Assembly: GCA_036657515.1 (NCBI GenBank)
Contig: JAVXGI010000002.1
Location: 45,652-109,651, forward strand
DNA length: 64,000 nucleotides
Origin: Bacilli bacterium
GTDB taxonomy: Bacteria > Bacillota_I > Bacilli_A > RFN20 > CAG-826
Direction of reading: 5' to 3'
The position numbers and the translations under genes are program-made. Positions 1-9,555 of the stretch are shown here, in pieces. The notes beneath the pieces are model-generated. The model saw nothing but the letters and a program-made list of their open reading frames with translations, had not been told where the DNA came from and ran no database searches. Each line of letters begins with the position of its first letter. Positions within the stretch are counted from its first letter, which is position 1.

Positions 1-831
1 AGTCTTAAATATTTTGAATTATCATTTTTTATTCAAAATATACACACTGATATCGTTATTATTTACTATATTTTGTATTTTTTCGAATTAATTTTCTTTG
101 AAAAACAATTATTTTTCCTTACGAAAAAATACGCAATATGCTGCGCAATATTTGTTGTTATTTATGCTGTACCAATAAGAAATTTAACAACATCTGAAGT
201 TGTATTCGTAAATGTTGGACAAGGGGATTGTATATTTATTAGAGAAAAGAACAAGGCAATGATGATAGATACTGGTGGTTCAATTTTTAAAAATATTGCA
301 GGTGATGTGCTCATACCATTTTTAAAAAGTAAAATGATTTATAGTCTTGAATCAGTTATTATTACACATAATGATTATGACCATTGTGGTGCATTAGACG
401 CATTGTGTGCAAATTATAAAGTAAAAAGAGTCATTAGAAATGATGAAGAATTTCCATACACATTTGGCAGTTCAACGTTATACAATTTGAATAAAAACAA
501 AACAGGTGATGAAAATTCGCAATCTTTAGTGATTAAATTTGATTTCTATAATGTTAAATATCTATTAATGGGAGACGCTCCTTTAGAAATAGAAAAAGAG
601 ATTATTAAAAGTTGTGATGTAGATTGTGACATTTTAAAAATTGGACATCACGGATCAATAACATCTACCTGTGAAGAATTTATTAAAGCAACAACTCCAA
701 GAGATGCAATTGTTTCTGTTGGAAGGAACCATTATGGTCATCCTGATAAGAAAGTTTTAGAACTATTAAAAAGTTATAATATCAATATTAAAAGAACTGA
801 TAAATTAGGCAGTGTTGTATATACATATTAA
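1..831 (+). CDS. comEC: ComEC/Rec2 competence channel protein, C-terminal metallo-beta-lactamase domain; the 5' part lies outside the window
   Basis: The frame is open from base 1, with no stop before the TTG at 73. MBL-type motifs VNVGQGD, ITHNDYDHCG and GHHGS are present. It is followed by holA and rpsT, as in Bacillus. Confidence 0.8.
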   Translation, partial: SLKYFELSFFIQNIHTDIVIIYYILYFFELIFFEKQLFFLTKKYAICCAIFVVIYAVPIRNLTTSEVVFVNVGQGDCIFIREKNKAMMIDTGGSIFKNIAGDVLIPFLKSKMIYSLESVIITHNDYDHCGALDALCANYKVKRVIRNDEEFPYTFGSSTLYNLNKNKTGDENSQSLVIKFDFYNVKYLLMGDAPLEIEKEIIKSCDVDCDILKIGHHGSITSTCEEFIKATTPRDAIVSVGRNHYGHPDKKVLELLKSYNINIKRTDKLGSVVYTY

Positions 832-854
832 GTTAATTAAGTTATAATTATTAC

Positions 855-1820
855 ATGATTTATATTATTTTTGGTAGTTATCCTTACCTTATTAAAAAGA
901 GTATTAATAACATAAAAAACGAAATACTTGGGAAAGAAGCTGATGAGATTTCATTTGTTGAATGCGATTTTTCTATTGATGATATTAACAAAATTGGCGA
1001 TGAATTATCAATAATTCCAATGGGATACGAAAAGAAAATAGTCTCTTTTAATAATTCGACATTTTTGCTTGAAAAAGACAACGAACTTGAAAAAAATGAA
1101 AAATATATACAAATGTTTAAATTAATTGATGTTACCGATGAATCTCTAATTTTGATATTTAGTATTGAAAGCAAATATATTTCAACAACTAATAAGTTTT
1201 ATAAATTTGTTTCAGAAAATGGACAAATTATTGAACGAATTGAACCATCAAATTCCGATTTAACCATTTTTATTAAGAAAAAATTAGCATCACTTGAATG
1301 CGATATTGAAAATGACGCTATAGAAGAATTAAAAAGAAGAACTAATTCAGATTTATTTATGATTGAAAACGAATTTATAAAATTATCAAATTATAGCAGT
1401 CATATATATATAGATGATGTTAGAAAACTCGTTTCTGAGCCAATAGACGACAATAACTTTAATATCCTTTCATTCTTATTAGATGGTAATATAAATGGCG
1501 CGTTGAAGACCTTTAGAGATCTGCGAATAAGAGGCATTGAACCTGTAATTTTGATTTCAATGCTAACAACCCAAATGATATTTATTCATCAAGTTTACTA
1601 TTTGTCTCACGTTTGTTTTAAATCAAATGACGATATAGCAAAAGAATTAAGGGCTAAACCTGGAAGAATATATATGTCTTTAAAAAATATGAACAAAATT
1701 AATGAAAAAATATTACTTAAAGAGCTTGAAAACTTATATAATTTAGATAAATCAATAAAGAAAGGTGAAATAGATAGGAATGTAGGATTTGAATTCTTTC
1801 TATTAAAATTCGGAAAATAA
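855..1820 (+). CDS. holA: DNA polymerase III delta subunit
   Basis: 321 aa. It occupies the comEC-holA-rpsT position conserved in Bacillota. Length and helical C-terminal region are delta-like. The call rests mainly on synteny. Confidence 0.7.
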   Translation: MIYIIFGSYPYLIKKSINNIKNEILGKEADEISFVECDFSIDDINKIGDELSIIPMGYEKKIVSFNNSTFLLEKDNELEKNEKYIQMFKLIDVTDESLILIFSIESKYISTTNKFYKFVSENGQIIERIEPSNSDLTIFIKKKLASLECDIENDAIEELKRRTNSDLFMIENEFIKLSNYSSHIYIDDVRKLVSEPIDDNNFNILSFLLDGNINGALKTFRDLRIRGIEPVILISMLTTQMIFIHQVYYLSHVCFKSNDDIAKELRAKPGRIYMSLKNMNKINEKILLKELENLYNLDKSIKKGEIDRNVGFEFFLLKFGK

Positions 1821-1822
1821 TT

Positions 1823-2263
1823 ATGAACTGTCCAATTTGTAAAAAAGAAATAGAAAAAGATTTAAAAGAATGCCCATTTTGTGGCACTCCTTTAAAAATT
1901 GAAAACGACCAATATATTAGAGGCGAAATAAATCCTATAAAAAAAGAAAAATATAGTGATTTAAATGAAAAAGCACTTTATGAAAAAAATAATACCATTG
2001 CTGGATTAAGTGTTATAACATCTTTCATCTTATTAATTGCAGGTGCAATATTAATCAGCTTGAATGCAACTATTTATTTTTCATTCTTTGCATTAGTTCC
2101 TTGCGTTGCATTAGGTGCACTTGGCTTTTTCAAATCAAGACCAACCCACTTTAAATTTGCAAATACAGCATCATTTATAATCGTGATTTTAGGTTCAATT
2201 TTAACATTATTAGCATTCTTATTTGTACTTTTGAAGCTTTTAGGTCTGTTATTCGTAAAATAA
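1823..2263 (+). CDS. Zinc-ribbon membrane protein (N-terminal CxxC..CxxC plus about 3 TM helices)
   Basis: CPICKK..CPFCG zinc ribbon followed by hydrophobic segments. The start abuts the holA stop. Confidence 0.6.
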   Translation: MNCPICKKEIEKDLKECPFCGTPLKIENDQYIRGEINPIKKEKYSDLNEKALYEKNNTIAGLSVITSFILLIAGAILISLNATIYFSFFALVPCVALGALGFFKSRPTHFKFANTASFIIVILGSILTLLAFLFVLLKLLGLLFVK

Positions 2264-2270
2264 AGGCAAC

Positions 2271-2302
2271 AAAAAAACTAGATTTAAAAAATCTAGTTTT
2301 TT
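2271..2302. terminator. Bidirectional rho-independent terminator between the zinc-ribbon gene (+) and rpsT (-)
   Basis: A7-CTAGATTT-aaa-AAATCTAG-T6: a perfect 8-bp stem flanked by an A-run and a T-run, at a convergent junction. Confidence 0.8.
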
Positions 2303-2310
2303 CATACAAA

Positions 2311-2574
2311 TTACTTAATGTTGTTGACTAAATTTTGGATAAAACTTTTTTGTCTAGCAGCAGTCTTTGCGTGTTGAATGTGCTTAACAACTGATTTATC
2401 AATTAATGAGATAGCAAGAGTTAAGTTTGTTGTTGCTAATGCTTTATCTTTTGCTTCAGCAGCTTTTTCTACTTTTTTAATTGCTGTTCTAACTTTTGAT
2501 TTGAAAGCAATATTGAGAACTCTGCTCTTTTCATTTGTTAAAATTCTTTTCTTTTGTGATTTAATATTTGCCAT
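2311..2574 (-). CDS. rpsT: 30S ribosomal protein S20
   Basis: MANIKSQKKRILTNEKSR... is a typical S20 N-terminus. 87 aa. AAGAGGTG SD lies upstream. Confidence 0.95.
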   Translation of the reverse strand: MANIKSQKKRILTNEKSRVLNIAFKSKVRTAIKKVEKAAEAKDKALATTNLTLAISLIDKSVVKHIQHAKTAARQKSFIQNLVNNIK

Positions 2575-2601
2575 AATTACACCTCTTTCGATACGTATAA
2601 A

Positions 2602-2630
2602 ATTGTATCAAAATATAGTATCTTATGCAA
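2602..2630 (-). promoter_or_regulatory. Sigma-A type promoter of rpsT
   Basis: On the minus strand, TTGCAT-N17-TACAAT, about 30 nt upstream of the rpsT SD. Confidence 0.55.
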
Positions 2631-2688
2631 TTGTTATTTTAGGGTATTTGATATAAAATACATATGAGTTAAAAGTAGGTATAAATAA

Positions 2689-3627
2689 ATGAAATCAAAA
2701 GAATGCAGAATAATTTTCCTTGGTACACCAGATATTGCTGCGTATGTATTAGAGGCCTTAATTAATGACAACTACAATATTATAGGAATTGTTAGCCAAG
2801 AAGACAAAGAAAAAAGTCGTAAAGGTGTGCTTTTAGAAACGCCAACAAAGATGATTGGCAAGAAGTACAACATTCCAGTTTATCAATTTGATAAAATAAG
2901 ATTACATGTTGAAGAAGTTGCGGCATTAAAACCTGATCTAATCCTTACTCTTGCATATGGTCAACTTGTTTCACAAGATATACTAGATATTCCTTCTCTT
3001 GGATGTATCAATTTACATGGATCATTGCTGCCAAAATATAGAGGTGCTGCCCCAATTCAAAGAGTTTTGTTTAATGGTGAGAAGGAAACTGGATTCACAT
3101 TAATGCAAATGATTAAACAAATGGATGCTGGATTGATGTATAAAAAGTTGGTGATTAAGATCGATGATTCTGAAAATTTCTCTTCACTTTATGAAAAGAT
3201 GAAAGAATGTGCAAAAGACCTAATTTTAAGTTCGCTTTCTCAATATATTGAAGGAAAATTAGTAGGTATTTCACAAGATGAATCGGAAGCAACTTTTGCA
3301 CCTAAAATTTTAAAAGAAGATGAAAAAATGGATATTAATATGAATTGTACTGATTTTATCAATAAAATTAGAGCACTATCGTATAAACCTGGTGGTTATT
3401 TGTTGCTTGATAACGAAATAATCAAAATTTTTAAAGTTCATTATCTCAATGATAAAAAAAGTTGTGAAAATGGAACAATTATTCTTGCTGATAAAACTGG
3501 AATAGCAGTTCAATTAGAAGATGGAGTAATTATGATTGATGAACTTCAACGTCAACAAAAGAAAATGATGAAGGCTTCAGATTTTATAAATGGTTATCCA
3601 AATTTAAAAGGAAAGAAATTTTCATGA
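2689..3627 (+). CDS. fmt: Methionyl-tRNA formyltransferase
   Basis: IIFLGTPD..., HGSLLPKYRGAAPIQ motif. 312 aa. Confidence 0.95.
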   Translation: MKSKECRIIFLGTPDIAAYVLEALINDNYNIIGIVSQEDKEKSRKGVLLETPTKMIGKKYNIPVYQFDKIRLHVEEVAALKPDLILTLAYGQLVSQDILDIPSLGCINLHGSLLPKYRGAAPIQRVLFNGEKETGFTLMQMIKQMDAGLMYKKLVIKIDDSENFSSLYEKMKECAKDLILSSLSQYIEGKLVGISQDESEATFAPKILKEDEKMDINMNCTDFINKIRALSYKPGGYLLLDNEIIKIFKVHYLNDKKSCENGTIILADKTGIAVQLEDGVIMIDELQRQQKKMMKASDFINGYPNLKGKKFS

Positions 3628-5975
3628 ATTCTATTATAAAACTATCTGTTCATAATTTAGTTGATCCTATTTTAAGAACTGGAGATATTGATAATCGTAT
3701 ATTTAATAAAGAAACAATGCTCGAAGGTTCGAGAATTCATAGTAAATATCAAAAAAAACAAGGTTCAACGTATCTTTCAGAATTTCCATTGTCTTGTTCT
3801 ATAGAATATGGAGAATTTATTTTTATAATTGAAGGTAGAGCTGATGGTATTATTATTAGTAAAAATCAAACTACTGTTGAAGAAATAAAATCATGTAATG
3901 AAAACCTTGATGCTTTCTTTGAAAAAAATGGATTATGGCATTTAGGTCAAGCTAAAGTTTATGCGTATATGTATGCTAAAAAGAATAATTTGAGCAATAT
4001 TTTTGTAAGATTGACCTATATTTCTCAAAATGATAATAACAACTTGCAGTATAAAGATTTTTCATTTGAGTTTGATGATTTGGAATCGTTCGTTCTTGAT
4101 TTAATTGGAAGATATACTGATTTTTATAGTGCTGTTTCATCAAATCGTAGAAGAAGAAATGAATCTATTAAAAAAATAGAATTCCCATATAATAACGTTC
4201 GCAAATATCAACAGGAATATATGGATGCTGTAACAGATTCAATAATAGAAAAAGGAAAGATTTTAATAGAAGCTCCGACAGGAATTGGCAAAACAATTTC
4301 AACTTTATATCCACACATTAAAAATTTTGGACCAGATTTAAATAAAATATTTTTTCTAACTGCAAAAACAATCGGAAGAAATACTGCACAAGAAACGATT
4401 GAAGTATTGAATACTTCTGGTTTATTCGCTAAATGTGTCGTTTTAACAGGAAAAGATAAAATGTGCCCATTAAATGAGCCAATGTGTAATCCGGATAAAT
4501 GCCCATTTGCACGTGAATATTACAACAAAATTAGAGAAATATTGATTAAAGAATTGCATAGCGGCACATTGCTTTATACGGAAGAGATTATTAAAGAAAT
4601 TGCTTTTAAAAACAATATTTGTCCATTTGAATTATCGTTAGATTTGTCTAATTTTAGCGACATCGTTATTTGTGATTATAATTATGTTTTTGATCCGTTT
4701 TCTTATTTGCAAAGATTGCGCGAAGATTCAAGCAATGATTATTCATTATTAATTGATGAGGGTCACAATCTTATTAAAAGAGCTAGAGATATGTATTCTT
4801 CAAAGATTACATATCAAGACATGAAAGCTGCAATGAAGTCATCTGCAAAGAAGAAAAGCACAAAAATGTTTACTGGTTTAAAGAAGATGTTCAAGACAAT
4901 TTTTGAGGAATATGGACCTGGAGAGCATATTGTAGAAAGTTTTGACAAAAAAATAATAAATGCTTTAACAAATTTTGTTTCTAAATTTAAAGATAATGAC
5001 GATGAAGAAGATCGCGAAAATATGTCTAGAGATTTTAGAAATTTCTTTTATGCCGCTTCTAACTTTGTTAAACTTTATCATATTTCAGAAATGAGCGATT
5101 TATTTAAGTATTATTTCTCAATCGAAAACGAAAAAAGCATGAGTATTAGTATTTATTGTGTTTGTCCATCTCCTTTTATTAATGAAATAACATCATATTT
5201 TAGAAATACCGTCCTATTTTCTGGAACATTTAGTCCGATGACGTATTATAAAAATGCCATATTTGGAAAAAGCAATGTAAAAGTTTTACAATTTGACTAT
5301 CCATTTGATAGAAATAAATTTGGAATAGTTATTAATCCATATATTTCTCTTAAATACAAGGATAGAAGTATTTCGATTGAATCAGTTTGCAAAACAATCA
5401 AAACTTTTATTAATGCTCGAGTTGGAAACTACATAATTTATGTTCCAAGTTTTCAATATATGGAATTATTAAAGGACAACAAAGAATTTTCTGGATTTCA
5501 TTTTGAATATCAACAGCGCAATATGAATGCAACTGATAAAATTGATTTCTTAAATAACCTTGATGAATTTTCAAATGTCACAAATGTCTTAGTGGCAGTT
5601 TTAGGTGGAACATTTGCGGAATCAATAAACTTAGAAGGCGATAAACTCATTGGAGTCGTTATTTTAGGAGTTGGTTTTCCTGCAATATCAATAGAGAATA
5701 ATTCAATTAAAGATTATTATGACAAAAATGAAAATGGATCAGGAATGGCATATGCTTACACCTATCCTGGAATGAACAATGTTGCACAAGCTGTTGGAAG
5801 ATTAATTCGTTCTCCGCAAGATTGTGGTGTTGCACTTTTAATAGATACAAGATATTCATACAAAAATTACATTTCTTTATTCAAAAAAGAACGGATGCAC
5901 TATACGGTCGTGAATGACGATTTGAAACTTAATAAATATTTATCATTGTTCTATAAGAAAAATGAAAAATTATGA
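3624..5975 (+). CDS. PD-(D/E)xK (RecB/Cas4-like) nuclease domain fused to an XPD/DinG-type Fe-S SF2 helicase
   Basis: N-terminus: GSRIH, IEGRADGII, VEEIKS, QAKVYAYMY (nuclease motifs I-III plus QxxxY). Helicase: APTGIGKT (Walker A), four Cys (CPLNEPMCNPDKCPF..CPFE), DEGH box, AVGRLIRS motif VI. ATGA overlap with fmt. Confidence 0.8.
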   Translation: MNSIIKLSVHNLVDPILRTGDIDNRIFNKETMLEGSRIHSKYQKKQGSTYLSEFPLSCSIEYGEFIFIIEGRADGIIISKNQTTVEEIKSCNENLDAFFEKNGLWHLGQAKVYAYMYAKKNNLSNIFVRLTYISQNDNNNLQYKDFSFEFDDLESFVLDLIGRYTDFYSAVSSNRRRRNESIKKIEFPYNNVRKYQQEYMDAVTDSIIEKGKILIEAPTGIGKTISTLYPHIKNFGPDLNKIFFLTAKTIGRNTAQETIEVLNTSGLFAKCVVLTGKDKMCPLNEPMCNPDKCPFAREYYNKIREILIKELHSGTLLYTEEIIKEIAFKNNICPFELSLDLSNFSDIVICDYNYVFDPFSYLQRLREDSSNDYSLLIDEGHNLIKRARDMYSSKITYQDMKAAMKSSAKKKSTKMFTGLKKMFKTIFEEYGPGEHIVESFDKKIINALTNFVSKFKDNDDEEDRENMSRDFRNFFYAASNFVKLYHISEMSDLFKYYFSIENEKSMSISIYCVCPSPFINEITSYFRNTVLFSGTFSPMTYYKNAIFGKSNVKVLQFDYPFDRNKFGIVINPYISLKYKDRSISIESVCKTIKTFINARVGNYIIYVPSFQYMELLKDNKEFSGFHFEYQQRNMNATDKIDFLNNLDEFSNVTNVLVAVLGGTFAESINLEGDKLIGVVILGVGFPAISIENNSIKDYYDKNENGSGMAYAYTYPGMNNVAQAVGRLIRSPQDCGVALLIDTRYSYKNYISLFKKERMHYTVVNDDLKLNKYLSLFYKKNEKL

Positions 5976-5989
5976 TATAATTTTCAAGT

Positions 5990-7801
5990 ATGATAAACGA
6001 AAATAAAATTAGAAATTTTTCAATAATAGCTCATATAGATCACGGCAAATCAACACTTGCTGATCGTATTTTAGAGTTGACTCAAACTGTTGAAAAACGT
6101 GAAATGAAAGAACAATTCCTTGATTCTATGGATTTAGAACGTGAAAGAGGAATTACAATAAAGCTTAATGCTATTACATTAAATTACACAGCTAAAAACG
6201 GTGAGACATATCTTTTCAATCTTATCGATACTCCAGGGCATGTTGACTTTACATATGAAGTTTCAAGATCTCTTGCAGCTTGTGAAGGCGCATTACTTGT
6301 TGTTGATGCAACTCAAGGAGTTGAAGCACAAACGCTTGCTAATACTTATTTAGCAGTTGATAATGATCTAACTATTATTCCGGTTATAAATAAAATTGAT
6401 TTACCTAGCGCAATGGTAGATGTATGTAAACAAGAAATAGAAGAAAAAATTGGAATTAATGCTAGTGATTCTGTTGCTGTGTCTGCAAAAACTGGTGAAA
6501 ATGTTGCTGCAATACTGGAAAAGATTGTTGAAATTATTCCACCACCAACCGGAAGAAGAGATGCTCCGTTAAAAGCATTAATATTTGATAGCTTTTATGA
6601 TGCATACCGCGGTGTTGTCGTTTTGATTTGTGTTAAAGAAGGAGCTGTCAAAGTTGGAGATGAAATTTCCTTAATGGCAACGAATTTTAAATATTTAGTA
6701 ACTGAATTAGGTATAAAAACTCCACAAGAACAAAAAGTGAGTTCATTATCTGCTGGTGAAGTCGGATATTTAGCTGCTCAAATAAAGGATATAAAGGATG
6801 TATTTCCTGGTGAAACAATTACTACAGTAATTAATCCTGCAAAAGAACCATTACCTGGATATAGGAAACTTAATCCAATGGTTTATTGTGGCCTTTATCC
6901 AGTTGATTCAAAACAATACACAGATTTACGTGATGCACTTGAAAAATTGTCATTAAATGATGCTTCTCTTCATTTTGAACCAGAAACATCACAAGCCTTA
7001 GGCTTTGGTTTTAGATGCGGATTTTTAGGATTGCTACACATGGACGTCGTTCAAGAAAGATTGGAAAGAGAATATAATTTGGATTTAATTCTTACTGCTC
7101 CTAGTGTTATTTATCACATCAATTTAACCAATGGAACCACAGTAAATCTTGATAATCCTTCTAAAATGCCAGATGTCACAACGATAAAAAGTATTGAAGA
7201 ACCATATGTATTAGCTAAAATTATGACTCCGGGCGAATATGTTGGGAAAGTAATGGAATTATGCCAAGAAAAAAGAGGAATTCATATTGACTTAGAATAT
7301 TTTGACAAAACAAGAATGATTATCACTTATGAATTGCCTTTAGCAGAAATTGTTTATAATTTTTTTGATAAATTAAAAAGTTATACTAAAGGTTATGCAT
7401 CTTTTGATTATGATTTTTCTGATTACAAAGTTGGCAATCTTGCCAAAATGGACATCCTATTAAATTCAGAAATTATCGATGCTCTAAGTTCTATAGTTTA
7501 TAAACCAAATGCTTTTAGAAGAGGAAATGCAATTACATCAAAATTAAAAGAAGTCATACCTCGTCAAATGTTTGAAATTCCAGTACAAGCAGCAATTAAT
7601 GGAAAAATTGTAGCAAGATCTGATATTAAAGCATTAAGAAAAGATGTTCTTTCTAAATGTTATGGCGGTGATATTTCTCGTAAGAAAAAATTACTTGAAA
7701 AACAAAAACAAGGCAAAAAAAGAATGAAGTCAATTGGTTCAGTAGAAGTTCCACAGGAAGCATTCATGACAATACTCAGTGTTGATGATGATCAAAACTA
7801 A
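5990..7801 (+). CDS. lepA: Elongation factor 4 (LepA)
   Basis: [32 protein letters not shown] GTPase motifs. 603 aa. Confidence 0.97.
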   Translation: MINENKIRNFSIIAHIDHGKSTLADRILELTQTVEKREMKEQFLDSMDLERERGITIKLNAITLNYTAKNGETYLFNLIDTPGHVDFTYEVSRSLAACEGALLVVDATQGVEAQTLANTYLAVDNDLTIIPVINKIDLPSAMVDVCKQEIEEKIGINASDSVAVSAKTGENVAAILEKIVEIIPPPTGRRDAPLKALIFDSFYDAYRGVVVLICVKEGAVKVGDEISLMATNFKYLVTELGIKTPQEQKVSSLSAGEVGYLAAQIKDIKDVFPGETITTVINPAKEPLPGYRKLNPMVYCGLYPVDSKQYTDLRDALEKLSLNDASLHFEPETSQALGFGFRCGFLGLLHMDVVQERLEREYNLDLILTAPSVIYHINLTNGTTVNLDNPSKMPDVTTIKSIEEPYVLAKIMTPGEYVGKVMELCQEKRGIHIDLEYFDKTRMIITYELPLAEIVYNFFDKLKSYTKGYASFDYDFSDYKVGNLAKMDILLNSEIIDALSSIVYKPNAFRRGNAITSKLKEVIPRQMFEIPVQAAINGKIVARSDIKALRKDVLSKCYGGDISRKKKLLEKQKQGKKRMKSIGSVEVPQEAFMTILSVDDDQN

Positions 7802-7805
7802 ATAT

Positions 7806-7849
7806 TGACTTAATTACTACTAATAAATTACTAATTTGACTAACAATTA
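7806..7849 (+). repeat. 11-bp phased repeat array R1 (TGACTTAATTA CTACTAATAAA TTACTAATTTG ACTAACAATTA)
   Basis: Read directly. Two perfect xTACTAAT units lie 11 bp apart, flanked by degenerate units. It sits between the lepA stop and the Fic-like gene. Confidence 0.7.
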
Positions 7850-7878
7850 TGTGTTTTTTTTGATATTATATATAAAAG

Positions 7879-9285
7879 ATGAATTTGGGAGAATGCAATA
7901 TGATAGATTCAGAGCTTGCAAATAGATTTACTAATATAAAATACGCTACTAAAAGTGAAGTTTCTAAAGATTTAAACATGACTTTAGTAGACAAAATTTG
8001 GAATGAAATAATTACCTATCGTTCACAATTTTCAGCAGATTTACGCGTAAAAAATGTTGAAGGATCACGCTATTCATTATGCTTAGCTCCATTAATAATG
8101 AACAAAATCAACTCTTTGGAAAGAAAAATTGGAAAATTAGATAGAAATTTTTCAAAAATTGAAAATATAGCATCACAAAATAAAATTATATGCGAATGTA
8201 TTTCAAATGAACTATTTTTTGTTGCAAAACACGTTAATATCGATTGTGATGAATCATCATTACTTTTAATTGCTCAAAACAATTTATCGGCTCCAAGGCC
8301 TGAACAAATGTTTTTATTAACTTATGGTTCATTATTAAAAGATTTACAAAATGAATCATATGCTTCAATTGCAAATATCGAACAATATTTAGGCAAAATT
8401 TCTATTGAAATATTAGGAAAAGATAACGTAGATTATAGACGAAGCAATTCAGATGGTCACAGTTCTATTTATAGCGGAATTTATGCTGAAGCTCCATTTA
8501 CAATGGTAGAACCAATGATTAATGAAATGTTTTCTTTTTTATCAACTAGTGAATTTAATTTTATTGTAAAAATGGCAGTTGTTTTATATTACACTAATTA
8601 TGTAAAACCATATACTTCATACAATGAAGAACTCAGTATACTTATGTCTAAATTCGTGATGAAATGTTCTGATATAGATAACATTAATTATTTAATAAAT
8701 ACTGAAAAATTCCTTCTAAACTCACCAAAACTAGAAGAAATTATACAGGAAACACAAAAAACTTGTGATATGACGTATTACTTAAATTATTTTATTGATT
8801 CAATAGATGAATCATTAAACAAACTTCAGGAAAGTTTAAATGAATTGAGTGTTTCAAGCATTGCTAAAGATTATTATAAACCTGAAGAAAAAACTAAAAT
8901 TGTAGATGTTGAAGAACCAAAAGAAGAACCGGAAAATATTGAACAAAAAGTTGATAACGTTCAAAAAAACGATTTACCTAGTTCGTTAATCATTACTCAA
9001 GATTCAGCTATTACAAATGTTACATTTGGATATAACGAAGATGAAGCTCAAAAAATTGAAACATTTTTATTAGAAAGTGATCCTAATTTGGGAGAGCAAC
9101 AAGCATATTTTTATGCAAGGCATTGTACGATGAACAAATTTTATACAATCGCTCAATATAAAAAGGCACTATGTTGCGCATATGAAACTGCAAGAACTTC
9201 TATGGACAAATTAGTCTCAAATGGGTATTATAGAAAAGAAGCTCACAAGAATAAATTTATTTATACACCAGTTAAAAGGAAATAA
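7879..9285 (+). CDS. Fic-fold-like protein with degenerate active-site motif and C-terminal winged-helix-like domain
   Basis: NFIVKMAVVLYYTNYVKPYTSYNEELSILMS aligns by eye to the Fic core (..IHPFxDGNGRxxR..), with His, Gly and Arg replaced. An acidic linker is followed by a C-terminal wHTH-like ...TARTSMDKLVSNGYY. The true start may be ATG 7900, which has a GGGAG SD upstream. Confidence 0.5.
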   Translation: MNLGECNMIDSELANRFTNIKYATKSEVSKDLNMTLVDKIWNEIITYRSQFSADLRVKNVEGSRYSLCLAPLIMNKINSLERKIGKLDRNFSKIENIASQNKIICECISNELFFVAKHVNIDCDESSLLLIAQNNLSAPRPEQMFLLTYGSLLKDLQNESYASIANIEQYLGKISIEILGKDNVDYRRSNSDGHSSIYSGIYAEAPFTMVEPMINEMFSFLSTSEFNFIVKMAVVLYYTNYVKPYTSYNEELSILMSKFVMKCSDIDNINYLINTEKFLLNSPKLEEIIQETQKTCDMTYYLNYFIDSIDESLNKLQESLNELSVSSIAKDYYKPEEKTKIVDVEEPKEEPENIEQKVDNVQKNDLPSSLIITQDSAITNVTFGYNEDEAQKIETFLLESDPNLGEQQAYFYARHCTMNKFYTIAQYKKALCCAYETARTSMDKLVSNGYYRKEAHKNKFIYTPVKRK

Positions 9286-9297
9286 GGAGAAAAAAGT

Positions 9298-9555
9298 ATG
9301 ATGTTAAGCGGAGAATGGTACAACAATCCTGGAATGATCTTTCTATTTATTATAGTTTTATTTGCTATTATAGCTTTATCTGCCTTTCTAATTAAAAAAT
9401 ATTACAAACCTTTTAAGAAAGAAAAAGAAGAAAGTGATAAGGAATTATCCGAAAAAAAGGAAGAAGATATTGCTTCCGAAGAATTAAATCGCATTCTTGA
9501 ACCAGTTGACGAATTAAAAGAAACTGAAAAAAAGAATAATGAAACTGAAAACTAA
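9298..9555 (+). CDS. Small single-pass membrane protein with acidic C-terminal tail
   Basis: AAGGAGA SD 8 nt upstream. One TM helix (IFLFIIVLFAIIALSAFLI) followed by a K/E-rich tail. Overlaps the hemW start by 17 nt. Confidence 0.5.
   Translation: MMLSGEWYNNPGMIFLFIIVLFAIIALSAFLIKKYYKPFKKEKEESDKELSEKKEEDIASEELNRILEPVDELKETEKKNNETEN

Noticed and set aside
73-831. A complete 252-aa gene starting at TTG 73, and likewise recJ starting at TTG 63959.
   Set aside because: Both frames remain open to the window edges, and the encoded domains are only the C-terminal (ComEC) or incomplete N-terminal (RecJ) parts. They are treated as partial genes truncated by the window.
884-1174. Antisense or shadow ORFs of 60-165 aa listed in the ORF track. 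Examples: 884-1174(-), 2378-2656(+), 10998-11333(-), 13805-14077(-), 14251-14520(-), 30466-30960(-), 31585-31932(-), 48610-49026(+), 53447-53752(+), 55341-55679(+), 60328-60765(+).
   Set aside because: Each lies entirely within, and antisense to or out of frame with, a strongly supported conserved gene. They have low-complexity S/L/I/F-rich translations and no SD. Such ORFs are expected by chance in AT-rich coding DNA.
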